A stretch of DNA of 64,000 nucleotides from Camelus ferus (lineage: Eukaryota). The stretch spans positions 70,310,001 to 70,374,000 of the forward strand of contig NC_045696.1 in assembly GCF_009834535.1 (NCBI RefSeq), written 5' to 3'. Below the pieces are notes generated by a model, which saw only the letters and a list, made by a program, of their open reading frames with translations, did no database searches and had not been told where the DNA came from. This document shows, in pieces, positions 48,100 through 60,258 of the stretch. Within the stretch, counting starts at the first letter, position 1; every line of letters begins with the position of its first letter. The position numbers and the translations under genes were made by a program.

Positions 48100-49303
48100 C
48101 ATTGATCATCATTTCATCATTTATCTGGCAAGCATAGCACTATATTTGTTAGGAGAGAAAGAGTGAAAAATAGCCTCTTTCCTTAGGGAATTTAGAGTCG
48201 CCTAGGGACGGAAGAGAACTAACATTTAATGAGCACCTACTGTGTGCTGGGCAGTATGTTAAAAGGTTTCACACGCATTCTCTTACGTGATCCTCTGTGA
48301 ATGGGTATTTTGAGGTATAGATAGTATAGGGGTTGAGAATATGGAGTCAGCTGGACTAGTTGGGTACAGACTTTTAAAACACTTATTACTTGCACGACTT
48401 TATGCAGCAAGTAGGTTACTTAACTTCTCTGGACTTGAGTTTTCACATCTGTAAGATGTAATAATACAACGAACCTCAAAAAGTTATTGTGAGAATTTAA
48501 TAAATTAATATGAGCAAAGGGATTAGAAAATTATATGACAAATCGTAAGTGTTCAGTAAATAACATTATTTCACAGGTGAAGAAACTGAGACTCAGAGAA
48601 ATTAACTAACTTGCCAAAAGTTAAATAGCTATTAATTGGTTGATGGTGCAAGAATTTAATTGTCTCTTTCCTTTCACCTTATACTTAGTGGACATTGATA
48701 TAAGACACTGGGAATCAGAGAATTTAAAGAGAGCTATAAATGGTTAATAGTAACTCAGAGGAGGCAGTACTTGATTCTTCTTTGGGAATTAAAGAGTCCT
48801 TAATTGGATCTAGACGGATGAGGGGAATTCCATTCGGAAAAGGGATATTCCAGAAGGCAAACTCCTATGAAGCAGGGACTGTCTTAATAAACAATCTTAA
48901 TAATCTGAATAGTCTCAGTATCCAGAACAGTGCCTGGAACACAGTAGGCACTCAGTAAATGGTTATTGAACTAAACTGAGCTGAGCAAGTGGCGAATGGA
49001 GAATGAGCATTGAAGGAGAAATAACTGAGTAGGTCAAGTTTGGAGCCTCACTTCCTTATCATCCCTGGAGAACTTTACTTTTTCTTTCCACCCGTCTCAA
49101 TAAGAAATGACCTCAATTACCCATATCCTATGTCGATTGAAGTTAAAATCAGTTAAGGAAACATTTCATTGTACTTTGTTATTATTCTGATTTAGTGGGA
49201 ACTGGAAGAGATCTGATAAGCAAAAAACAGTTGCTTTCCTTTCTTTGAAAATATATAAACCAAAACATTATTTACTATTCTGGCCTATAAAAAGCAGTGA
49301 ACA

Positions 49304-49399
49304 TGTATTTATCACTTACTTATCTGCTTACTACTGTTTCCCCAGTTTCTAGAACAGTGCCTAGAGTATCATAGGTGCTTAATAAATACTTGTTAAAAA
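49304..49399 (+). mobile_element. L2-like 3' fragment with short A tail and perfect 15-bp TSD
   Basis: ctagaacagtgcctag...ataggtgcttaataaatacttgtt plus A run. aaaaagcagtgaaca at 49289-49303 and 49400-49414. Confidence 0.8.
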
Positions 49400-49550
49400 A
49401 AAAAGCAGTGAACAGTTTTGGGACGAGAAGGCACATACTCTATCTGAGTTTTAGTTGATATAGTTTGTTACCACCAACAATGGGAAGTGGAGTTAAGTAG
49501 ATTTGAAAGGTCTAGATTCTTTGTTACAGGTTTAACTCCCAGTGTAAAAG

Positions 49551-49552
<2 letters not shown>

Positions 49553-49592
<40 letters not shown>
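49553..49592. repeat. (AT)20 microsatellite
   Basis: Read directly from the sequence. Confidence 0.95.
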
Positions 49593-49595
<3 letters not shown>

Positions 49596-50060
49596 AGCCA
49601 TTTTTTGTTGTTTTGATGTCGTGGCAAAGGAGTTTTTTATATTCTTGCTTTTTGTATCCTACTTTCAAAGACGTGTGTTGTTTCTTCTTGCTTATTTTAA
49701 AGTTACTGAACATAGGGACTTACCAAGTTGTTTACTCGTTTAAGAGGTTTTTAGGATAGGGTAGGGATAAACTGTTAAATGATTTCTGGGCTTAACTGTA
49801 TTTCTTTCCACATGGATGTACACTATTTCTTCATGACCTTATTTTTAAAATGTTTTTAGAGGTGTTGGTTTTACAACTTTAGTTGTTGCTTAGTTATCCC
49901 AGAAATAAAGGGTATGTGTGTTGTGGATAGTTTATTTACAATAGAGTATAATTTAAAATTAAGTTCTGATTAGGTTTTGAAAGAAGAATTTTACATTCTT
50001 AACTGTATTTCATAGATTTGTGGATCATAAAGGTATGACATCTGGATTGATGAAAATTTT

Positions 50061-50211
50061 CTTTCTTTCTTTCTTTTCTTTTTTTTTTTTTTTTGTCGGA
50101 GAAGAGGGTAATTAGGTATACTTATTTATTTATAGAGGAGGTACTGGGGATTGAACCCAGGACCTTGTGTATGCTAGGCATGCACTCTACCACTTGAACT
50201 ATACTCTCCCC
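50061..50211 (-). mobile_element. tRNA-derived SINE, camelid vic-1-like
   Basis: Reverse complement ggggagagtatagttcaagtggtagagtgcatgcctagc...ggtcctgggttcaatccccagtacctcc. T-rich tail. Near-TSD tgaaaattttc / tgaaatttttc. Confidence 0.9.
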
Positions 50212-50514
50212 TGAAATTTTTCATTTTTAACTTGGTTGTTTTATTATTTTTTAAAAGCTCTCACTAAAGTCTTAGAGCTGACACACTCAAAAGAATCTGT
50301 GTTGTGGCAGTGAGTACCATGGTCGGGTTTCAAGGAGCAATTAACGGTAAAAAACAGCCTTATTTGTTGCATTAAGTTAATGTTGCTAATTTAATTATTA
50401 TTGATTTTATTGCTTGTGTATTTAATTTGAACATTAGTTTCTGATTTGTGGTTGTATAAGAACTGTAAGCGTAAGAGGCTTATGCTTAGTTTTATGTTTG
50501 CTTTCCAATGGTAC

Positions 50515-51112
50515 TGAGACAGGAGGGAAGGGGGCAGGGCACAGCCACTCAAGAAATGACAGCAGTTTAACACCAAAATGGTGGAAGATTCAACTCCTGG
50601 TTGGCCTTAAGGATTAGGAGGTTTGACTTCTAGTAGACCTTGAGCTTCATCATATGCCATTGTAACAGCGTGATGAATAACATGCCCGCAGGCTCCATGA
50701 CAGTCCCAAGGATAACTGCAAAAGGCCAAAGAATGGGCTGTGGCCCAATTCCTAGGAATCTCAGCCCCTTCCCCAGTGCAGTTGGGATGGTCCCACCTGT
50801 AGGGTGTGAAGCTGCTGAGCCCATAAAAACTGACACCACCCAGCCTAGCGCCCTTTTTTGCTCCCTCCTCTTTGGAGATGGCCCGCACTCTGTCTATGGA
50901 GTGTGTACCTACTTTTACTTTAACCTGAGCACCCAATTCCCACACCTCTTTCCTTGGCTTTCTCTTGCCTTACACTCTATGAAGTATGTATCTCTCTAAA
51001 TAAATCTACCTTTACTGAACTGTAGCTCACAGTTGAATTCTTTCCTGCACGAAGCCAAGGATCCACACTTGGCAGGGCACAACCGAGACCTGGGACATGG
51101 CCCTCCTCATCA
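50515..51112 (+). mobile_element. MER41-like ERV1 solo LTR
   Basis: TG...CA termini, 4-bp TSD gtac (50511-14 / 51113-16), AATAAA at 50999, and MER41-like blocks ccatgacagt, ctctgtctatggagt, gaattctttcctgcacgaagccaagga. Confidence 0.85.
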
Positions 51113-51949
51113 GTACTACTGTACTAATAAAAAAAACTGAAGCTAACCTTGTGTGGAAAATCTTCTGGGCCAAATCATCCTGTAACCTTGACTCATAAAA
51201 GTTGTTTCTCAGTCTCTCAGTTCCTTAATGCCTGTGTTGATCTGTTCTGCATATTCTCCATATACCAATTTTATGGATTTTTAAGGGGGTCAGTTTACTT
51301 TGACTTAAAAAAAAGTATTTTGTAAAGGAGTCATTTCTAGATCTTGATTCCTTTCTAGTAGTTAATCTTATATAGCTTCTCAACAAGTTAGAGATTAATT
51401 AGACTTTTCCTTAAAATCGAGATAAAAGATATAAAAAGCTTACATTTCTGCAACACATTTAGCTTTTCAATAGCACTTTCTTATCTATTATCTCATTTTT
51501 AGGCCCACTCTTTAAACTGATTAATTTCTTCCCAGAAGAGTTAACTTATTTTAGTTCCAGTGTCAGAATGAATTAGATTTTTTACTTGTACTTTTACATC
51601 CTGTAGTTCTAGATAGACAGCCCATAATGATCTTCAGGCATATAACAGGGACACCTTACAGGAGGTGATGGAAAGGTGTATTCTGTTATTCCTGGGTATG
51701 AGATAAGGGAGATGGGGAATTTCAGTAGAAAAGATAGATAAAAGATACTTGGAGAACTTACCTGAGACAGTAAAATGGATTTTTAAAATGCTATGGAATC
51801 TCCTCTGGAGATTTGAATGTGAAGATTTTAAATAATATTTTTATGGTGTAATTATCAGTGCAGTGAGGGAATGGACAAGAGATCTCTTGCGTGTTTATGA
51901 ATTTATCAGTGGACTGTACCTTCTCCCCAAGGCTACTTTTGTGATCATG

Positions 51950-52087
51950 TGACTGCAGTTGACGGCCTCACCCTTAGAAGGGCTTCGTGCTCAGTTGAAT
52001 GATTTGCTGTTGTCAGCTTGAAATTTTTAACTTGGGACCTGCAATTTCATTTTACACCAGGACCCATAAATGATGTAGCCAGTCCTG
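51950..52087. mobile_element. MER91A-like hAT-Tip100 element
   Basis: cccttagaagggc...ttgaaatttttaa...tttcattttacaccaggaccc...atgtagccagtcctg. Confidence 0.65.
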
Positions 52088-52235
52088 CCTTTTTGTATGA
52101 CTGTTCTACTCTAGGCAAAGAAATGCATATGCCCTTAATATAGAAGAAAATATTTTCGATTTCCCAGGATTGTTGGGAGGTAAGATGAGCTAAAACATGT
52201 GAAAGTCCATTCTGAGCCGCCTCAGTATCTGATGT

Positions 52236-52837
52236 TGAAGTGGGAGGAAAAGGGGCAGGGCACAGCCATTGAAGGAATGACAGAGCAATCGAGGACAGGA
52301 CAGACTGGTTAGAACCAAGATGGCGGAAGATTTGACTTCCAGTAGACCTTGAGCCTCATGGCACACCTACAGGCGCCATGACAGTTCCTAGGCTGACCAT
52401 AAACGGTCAAAAGTGGGTGGGGGCGTTTCCTGGAAATCCTCGCCCCTTCCTCAGAGTAGTTGGAATAGTCCTTCTATCCATTAGCTTGTGAAATTGCCGA
52501 GCTCATAAACCCTAACAACTCCGCACCTCGCGGTTGCTCTTGCTCGCTCTGCTCTGTTGCGCTCGCCTTCTGAGACGGCCCGCACTCTGTCAGTGGAGTG
52601 TGTATCCACTTTTACTTTAAACATCCCACACCTCTCGGCTTCTCTCCCTCTCACCTTTCTGAGATGGCCTACGTTCTGCCTATGAGTGTGTATCTCCTAA
52701 GCTGTTTTCCCTTCTGAGAGACAGACTGCACTCTGTCCATGGAGTGTGTATCTCTCTAAATAAACTCACTTGTGCTTTACCATGCCTTGTTCTTGATTTC
52801 TTCTCTGCGTGAGGCAAGAACCTATTCTCCGCCAACA
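52236..52837 (+). mobile_element. MER41-like ERV1 solo LTR (CpG-richer, probably younger)
   Basis: TG...CA termini, 4-bp TSD atgt (52232-35 / 52838-41), aaccaagatggcg, gcgccatgacagtt, ttcctggaa..cgccccttcc, AATAAA at 52759. Confidence 0.85.
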
Positions 52838-53319
52838 ATGTGACTTCTGTTTTCTGTGTTACTTCCCATGTCTCTTCCCAGCTGCATATACCTGGAGGCA
52901 CCCAGGAAAGTTATTTGGGACTCCTTGTTCTAACAGTAATGACCCTGTTCTACAACCGTTTTGTCACATATTCCTGAATTTCACTTATCTGAAAGGACAG
53001 CTCCTTCAGTCTGTGACTCACATATCCTTTTTATCATCTTGCAACAAATTCTGTAGCTGTCTTACCTAGAAAAGGGGCCTGGAGCTTTCTGCTATCAGTT
53101 TGTTAACTATATAAAGACACTAGTCGCCTGAGCTCAGGCCACTGTATTATATAACTTGATATGTATTTTTTTAATTCAAGAAATTAAGTTAAAGTGGTCT
53201 TAAAGTGAGAAGATATGTAAGAAACTGCTTAGAAAAGTTGAGCATTATAGAATTGTAAGACATCATTTTTACCTTTATTTTTTCATTGGTATCCTTTTGT
53301 ATTTACTATGATCCCTGTT

Positions 53320-55160
53320 TTCTTTTCCTTTTTAGGAAGTCAGGTTCATTGAAGTCTGACTTGTAGACAGTAAAATTCACACATTTTTAGTTGCACAGCT
53401 CTGTGCATTTTAAACAAATGTATATAGTTGTGTAAACACCACCACATCAAGGTGTAGATATTTTCAGCACCCCAGAAGATTTCCTTAATCCCTTTTGTCA
53501 TGTCACCCCCGTCCCCACCCCCAGCCCTAACAACCTCTAATCTGTCTTGTTACCTGTAGTTTTGCTTTTCCAGAATGTTTTGTAAATGAAATAATACAAT
53601 ACCTCTTAACTATACTTTTTATAATATTCCTGAATGTTATATAAATGGAAATACGTGTGTGTAGCTTCTTCTACTTAACATAATACTCTTAAGATTCATC
53701 CGTTTATCCTGTTGAGTGTATCAGTAGTTTTTTCCTTTCTATTGCAATTTCGTGTTCTGTTGTATGAATACACCACAATTTGTTTATCCATTCATCAGTT
53801 ATTGGACATTTGGGTTGTTTCTAGTTTCTGCTGATTAAGAATAAAGCTACTACAGACATGTGCTCTCATGTTTTTGTGGGGCTGTATATCTTCATTTCTG
53901 TGGGGTAAATATTTAGGAATGGGATTGCTGGATTGTATATGGTTTTTTTAAAAAATTTATCCATTAAATATGGATGTAGTAGTATTTCTTTGTAGTCTTA
54001 GTATGATTTTTCTAATGACTAAGATGTTAAGCATCTTTTCATGTATTTATCTGCCATCTGTATAATAATCTTTGATAAAATGTCTGACAAAGTTATTTGC
54101 TCATTTATTTGTTTGAGTTGTGTGTATTTTTTATACTGTTAAATTTGAGAGTTCTTTATATATTCTGGGTCTCAATTCCTTGTCAAATACATGTTTGCAA
54201 ATAATTCTCCCAATCTGTGGACTTCCTTCTTATTTTCTTGTAATGTCTAGAAAAGAGTTTTAAATTTTGATGACACCCTGTTTAACTTTTTTTTTCTTTT
54301 ATGGTCCATGCTTTTTGTGTTTTACTTAAGAAATCTTGGCCTAATCCAAGATCACAAGGATTTCCTCCTTTGTATTCTTCTAGAAGTTTTATAGTATAAT
54401 TTTCTTATTTAATTGACTCTTCCATTTCAAGTTAGTTTTTGTATATAGTGTTAGGTATTAGTTGAGATTCATTTTTTAAACATACATGTTATTCAATTGT
54501 ATCAGCACCATTTGTTGAAGACTGTCCTTTCTCCACTGAATTGCCTTGGTGTCTGTTGGAAATCTTTTGACTAAAGATTCTAAAGCCCAGTATTCTGTTC
54601 CATTGATCTGTTGTCTGTCCTTTCACCAATACCACACTGTCCTGATTACTATGGTTTTGTTGTAAACCTTGATATCAGGAAGTGTGAGTCCTCGAACTTT
54701 GTTGTTCCTTTTCAAAATTGTTTTGGAGGTTGTAATATTGGATTGCCTTCTGTATACATTTTGGAATCAGCTTCTCAGTTTGTAAAACAAAACACATCTT
54801 TTGGGATTTGGATTAGATTTGTGTTGAATTTATAGATCATTTTGGAGAGATCTGATTTTCCGTCATGTATTTTGAAGCTCAGTTGACAGGTTTATACATA
54901 ATTAGGTTGCTATATCTTGGTCAGTGTCATATCCTTTTCCCTTTTGTGTCATATCCATCTTTATCCTTGGTGATAGCCCTTGTTCTGAAACCTGCTTTAA
55001 TATTATGGTCATTCCAGCTTCCTTTTGATTAATTTTTGTATGGTATATTTTACTCATCTTTTTACTTGTAACCAGTTTATGTGTACATGTTTGAAGTGGG
55101 TTTTCAATAGATAGCATATTGTTGGGCCTTGCTTTTTATACAGTGTGGCATCATGGCTTT
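53320..55160 (-). mobile_element. Decayed L1M 3' end / ORF2 fragments
   Basis: tttgtttatccattcatcagtt..ggacatttgggttgtttc; cagcaccatttgttgaagact; ttgtgttgaatttatagatca. Confidence 0.8.
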
Positions 55161-55513
55161 CTTTGATTATCCTGTATGACCTCACCTGGTTGCTTCTCCT
55201 GCCTTGCATATCTCAGTACACTCTCCCTCCTCACTGCTCTCCCATCAGACTAGCCTGAACTCTGTAGAACTCATAAAATTCTTTCTTACTAGTAAGCCAT
55301 TGTTCTTGCTGTTGTTTTTGCCTTGAATTTTCTCACACCCCATGATATCTTACCACCCTCCCTCCCTCCAGCCTCCTGTGCTGTAAGCTTCTGCCACATA
55401 CCTTTCTGTCCTTCAAGTCACTTAAATACTCTCTCCTCACAGAAGCCTTTCCCTGACCATCTATCTAGAGTAGGCCCTTCCTATTCTCTCTAAAGAATCA
55501 TGCTTATTTCTTT

Positions 55514-55635
55514 AAAAAATTTTTGTTGTGTTAGTTTCTGGTGTACAGCAAAGTGATTGTGATATGTATATATATTCTTTTTCATATTATTTTTCATTAT
55601 GTTTTATTACAGGATATTGAATATAGTACCCTGTG
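55514..55635 (-). mobile_element. Short L1 3' end inserted in an L2 (~55170-55850, +)
   Basis: Perfect 14-bp TSD atgcttatttcttt at 55500-55513 and 55636-55649. Body gtgttagtttctggtgtacagcaaagtgatt. Confidence 0.85.
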
Positions 55636-57749
55636 ATGCTTATTTCTTTGTAACCATAGTCACAGTGCCTCTTTATTTGCTTTGCATGTCTATTTGTTTA
55701 CCATACTGTCTACCATCTCCCACGATACCAATATTATGAAGGTAAAGGAATCTCATTTGTCTGTTTTCCATTGAATGGTTAGAATTAATTAATACTGTAT
55801 CTGGCATGTAGTATATATTTATTGAATGAACAAATGAATGCTTTTTCAAAATTTAGCTCTTTCTAGGAGTTGCATAACCTTACATATACATATGTTCCAT
55901 TGTATATATTATCCATTAGACAGAAAGGTATTTATACTTGCTAAATTACCCTTTGCCCATTAGCAATCACACATCTCAAGTAGTCTATAGAGGTGTTAGT
56001 ATTCTATGGCCTAATATAGACACTTTATCAAACTTCGTTTCATTTTTCTGAAAGCACCCAAAATTTTGAAAAATGCAGATACAAAGACCCAGACTAAAAA
56101 TAGATTAATGATGTCCTTTTATGACAAATTCAGAATTGGATTAATTGAAAGCCTCACTCAAAAATTCATAATCACTTAAACATGTCTTTTTCGTTCATTT
56201 TCACATTTGCATGGATATGAAATATGAAATGTGGTGCACCATTTATTTGACATTTGATGACATAAAGCAGTAGTAAACTATATATTAGATCCAATATATT
56301 ATCAGTCAATCATTAGGGTCAAGAGGCATTATTGGTGAGAAGAGGGACAAAATCTAAAGTAATTAATACTTTTATTTTTAAGGGACATTAGTGAAGACAT
56401 AATGTTAAAGATGACATATTAAAGAGTAACTTATAACAGTAAGGAATTTCTAGGTGAGATAATGGTATAAGAGGATAAAGGAATGTCCTTCTGCTGCAAA
56501 CACAGATACATTTTGGATTAAATATAGCAACAAGAAAAAAATCTTTTCATTCATGGCCATGTTTGAAGGCAGGAAAGGCAAATCTCCTGGTGCCAGAGGG
56601 AACTCAGACATTGGAAGTTAAAGCCTAGAGGCCCGTGAGACAGTAATTGGACTGGTTATTGGCCTCTGGGGTTTTAACCCAGGCCAGGGAATAAGAGTGG
56701 AGATCATGGGCTACATGTATAAGTAGAAACTAGAATAAGATGGCTTACTAAAGAATATTTTTACTTCATGAATCAAATCAGACACAGGAGAGAACTAAAA
56801 AAACACTTGTATATCAGTGTAATGCAGTGTTGCTGCTGTTCAGTAAAATGGAGTGATCTGGCAGTAGGTTATCAGTTCACATTTGAACGGAGCTAATCTG
56901 TTCCCATTACTCTTCTTTTAAGTCCTATCCCTGCCTTCTCCTCTCTCCATTAAGATTTCATTTCATTGCATTTTAAATAAAGTTGTAAGATAGAAAAAAA
57001 GGGTTGTCTCCTGGTCATTAACCTTTTACTAATTTCTTGAAAGCTTTGGTTGTTCTTCGGTTTAGGAGAGACTGGCTTGTAAAGTAGGGCAGATGTGCAG
57101 CCATTTATGAGCTGTGGTAGAAGCAGCCAAATAACATAAGCTTCTATCCTTGTATTGTTTTAATTATGTCCATTAAAGAACCATTGGAACAACGTTTAAT
57201 GTTTCAAAAGTCTGGAGGGATAGATCATGTGTTAAGAAAAATGAAGTTGCTTTAGCAAATAACTCTTCTCTTCCAACATAAGGACCTAGGAGAAATTTAC
57301 AGAAGTCATTACCATCGTCTATAAAGGGGTATTGTCGTTTGCTGGGGGAATTCTTAACTTAAAGTGTCCTTTCAATAATGAAATAACATGGTAGTGTCAT
57401 TCTTGAGATAATATGATTATTTTAAAGTGACTCAACTTGCACAGAGTATAACATTCAACGTTCCTATTTTCCTAGAAATGATTTATTATTTTAAATTAGT
57501 TCTTTTAGATTCTATCTAGTGTTATGATACTGGTTTGAAATTCTTAAAGCGCACCAAGGAGAATAGTATTAAATTCTTTTAAAAGCTATTTCATTAGGTC
57601 ACAATCTTTTCTGAAAAACTTCAGTGTAATTGAAATGTTGGGGTTTATTTCCAGCTTTATTTTATCTTTATAATGTTTTCACTCAGTAGAGATTTCTGCA
57701 GACAGGTGTGAACATATGTAATAAAATGCAGTATATGCACTTCTATGTG

Positions 57750-58920
57750 CATTCAGACATTTACTGAATGCCCCCTCTGTGTTAGGCACTTGTACTCCCT
57801 GTGGAGCATATACAGATGATAGACACAGCCCTTATTCTTAAGGAGTTCACAGTCTAGTGGGAGAGACAGAGAGAGATAGACAAGTAAGTAGAAAACTATC
57901 GTCAAATGTGTATGCTATATGAAAATATATCCAGGATGCTATGAGAGCACAGAAGGGGAGTATCTAACTTAGACTTGGGGATCAGAAAGACTTACAGGGT
58001 GAAGGATGCTGAGCTGAGTTTTAAAGGAAAACAGGAACTGGCCAGCTAAAGAAGGAAAGGAGGGTCGTTATAGATAGGATAGCACTGTGAAAAACTTACA
58101 GATAAAAAAGAGCATTCATTTAATTATTTGACAGATATTTACTGAACATTTACTTTATGCCGATATGCATAGTAATTCCACTGGGGACATCCTGGAGAGT
58201 GGAAACAGACACACTTCCTGCCCTGTTGGCCTTTAAAGTCTATATGGAGAAAGAGGTGAATAAAAATAATCACACAAATAATTGTAAAAACTATAATTGT
58301 GATAAGGGCACTGAAGGAGAGGTTTAAGTTGCTGTGAGAAGATGCATTAGAGTTGGGGTTGGGGCAGTGTTCCCTGAGGAGGTGACACTAGACCAGACAA
58401 CTGAATAATGGGTTTGTAAGGGGGGAAGTGCTCAGTGGTAGAGCATGTGCTTAACGTGCACGAGGTCCTGGCTTCAATCTCCAGTACTGCCATTAATAAA
58501 TAAACCTAATAGCCCCCTCCCAAATAAAAACAAAGCAAAAAATTTTTTTAAATTAAAAAAGAAAAGAATGGGTTTGTAAACCAGTATTATGCGCAGTTGT
58601 ATTGATCTCACTTTTACTCTGCTTATAGAACATAGGTTCTAGGGTTTCAAGATCTTCAAGGAGTACAGAATGGCTGGAGTGTAGGGTCTGTGTGGGAGAC
58701 AGGCAAAGGAGATGAGGCTGAAGAGGTGGGCAGGAGCAAGATCACAGAAGGCCCTGTGTATCATTCTAGGAAATTTGGTTTTTGTCTCAAAGATGATGGA
58801 TGTTGTGAATCACTGAAGGATTTAAAGCCAGTCTCAGAGAAACTTAGCCAGATTTGTGTTTTAGGAGGGTCTTCTTGAGACAGGTTACTGTGGAGGATAG
58901 GTTGGAGAAGGCAGGAGTAC
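57750..58920 (-). mobile_element. L2 fragments (nested)
   Basis: catttactgaatgcc...aaggagttcacagtctagtgggagagacaga; cattcatttaattatttgacagatatttactgaac. Confidence 0.75.
58420..58566 (+). mobile_element. tRNA-derived SINE, camelid vic-1-like
   Basis: gctcagtggtagagcatgtgcttaacgtgcacgaggtcctggcttcaatctccagtac. Perfect 13-bp TSD aatgggtttgtaa at 58407-58419 and 58567-58579. Confidence 0.9.
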
Positions 58921-59489
58921 ATTAGTATCTACTTGTTTCTCAGCCAAGTAATATGTGATAGGTTCTGTACTTTTTATTAATATTGTGGATCCTTCGTTTC
59001 TGCCATGTCAGTGGTCACACTTCTGTGTCTTTATTTATTTATTTTTGGTGATACATATGATAAGAACCATGGTTTTTACCTTTAGTAATTGCATGGCTTT
59101 CAAAGATTTCTTGCAGGTATATGTAAGAATGGGAATTGGAGGAAATATATTTCACACATTTTAAAATGATATGGCACAGCTCCAGAAATAATACTGATTT
59201 ATGTTTTCAGGATGGAAAAACAACTAGGAAATTCCTAGATTACTCTTTTATTTGCATTTTTATTGACAAAGTGGCTGATTTTAAAAGTAAAAGGTTCTGC
59301 TTCAGTAAATGACTGGTAATAAATATTAATATTTCCGTAACTGTGGTTTCTCACCTAAAAATGCAGTGTTGGACTAGGTGAGATCTAAAGACCTTTCTGG
59401 CCATTCATTGTAAGCTATGATTCTGTGCTAGCTCTCAACAGGTAGCCGGCAGCATTTTTGCTTTTTTGTACTGACACATCAAATTAAGG

Positions 59490-59819
59490 CAGCAGTTCTC
59501 AGCACTGGATGATTTGGCTACCCTGGGGATATTTGGCAATATCTGGAGACATTTTTGGTTCACCAAGTGGGTTGCTACTCCCATCTAATGACTCAAAGAC
59601 TAGGGATGCAGCTAAACTTCCTGGAATGCACAGGATGCCCTCTACAACAAGCATTATCGAGCCTAAACTTTTGGAGATGATGGATATGTTATAAAATAGA
59701 TTATGGTGATTGTTTCATGACATACAGCTTTTTGTATGTCAGTAATACCTCAACAAAGTGTTTTTAAATAAAGAATTATCCAGCCCAAAATGCCAATAAT
59801 GAAGGGTTGAGAAACCCTG
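59490..59819 (+). mobile_element. MER20 hAT-Charlie element with nested L1 tail (59668-59770)
   Basis: cagcagttctc...atttggcaatatctggagacatttttggtt...ggttgagaaaccctg. Perfect 8-bp TSD aattaagg (59482-89 / 59820-27). Confidence 0.85.
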
Positions 59820-59899
59820 AATTAAGGCAAGATTGTTAAGACTTCCTTTCGTTAAAATATAGTCCTTGAGTAGATAAGACATTCTATCTCTGCTATTGT

Positions 59900-60258
59900 T
59901 GTAATCACCTTTTGGCTGCAATAACAAATATACTATAGACTGGGTGGCTTAAGTAACAAGTATTTATTTCTCATAGTTCTGGAAGCCAGAAGTCCAAGAT
60001 CAAGGTGCCAGCACAGTCGTGTTCTGGAGAGAGTCCTCTTCCTAATTTATAGATGGCTGCCTTCTTGCTATGGAAAGAAATTTCTTTCACATGGCAGAGA
60101 GAGCATTTCTCCTAGATCTCTTCTAGTAAGAGCACCAATACCATTCATTAGGATTCCACTCTCATGACCTAATTACTTCCCAGACCACCTAATACCATCA
60201 CATTGTGGGGTTAGAGTTTCAACATAAGAATTTGGGTGGACACGTTCAGTCCATAACA
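59900..60258 (-). mobile_element. MLT1A-like solo LTR
   Basis: agactgggtggcttaa...tttatttctcatagttctgga...aagtccaagatcaaggtgccagca...ttcagtccataaCA. 5-bp TSD attgt/attat. Confidence 0.85.

Noticed and set aside
51756..51764. Perfect minus-strand donor CAG|GTAAGT
   Set aside because: It sits in an apparent L3/CR1 3' remnant with no convincing exon or promoter upstream. Revisit only if the 44.9-47.6 kb antisense transcript is confirmed.
50515..52837. A single provirus with two LTRs
   Set aside because: Each LTR has its own TSD, the LTRs are diverged, and the spacer has no PBS or gag/pol (it holds L3- and MER91-like pieces).
56840..56912. Possible pre-miRNA-like hairpin
   Set aside because: Arms are asymmetric and pairing is too interrupted to support a call.
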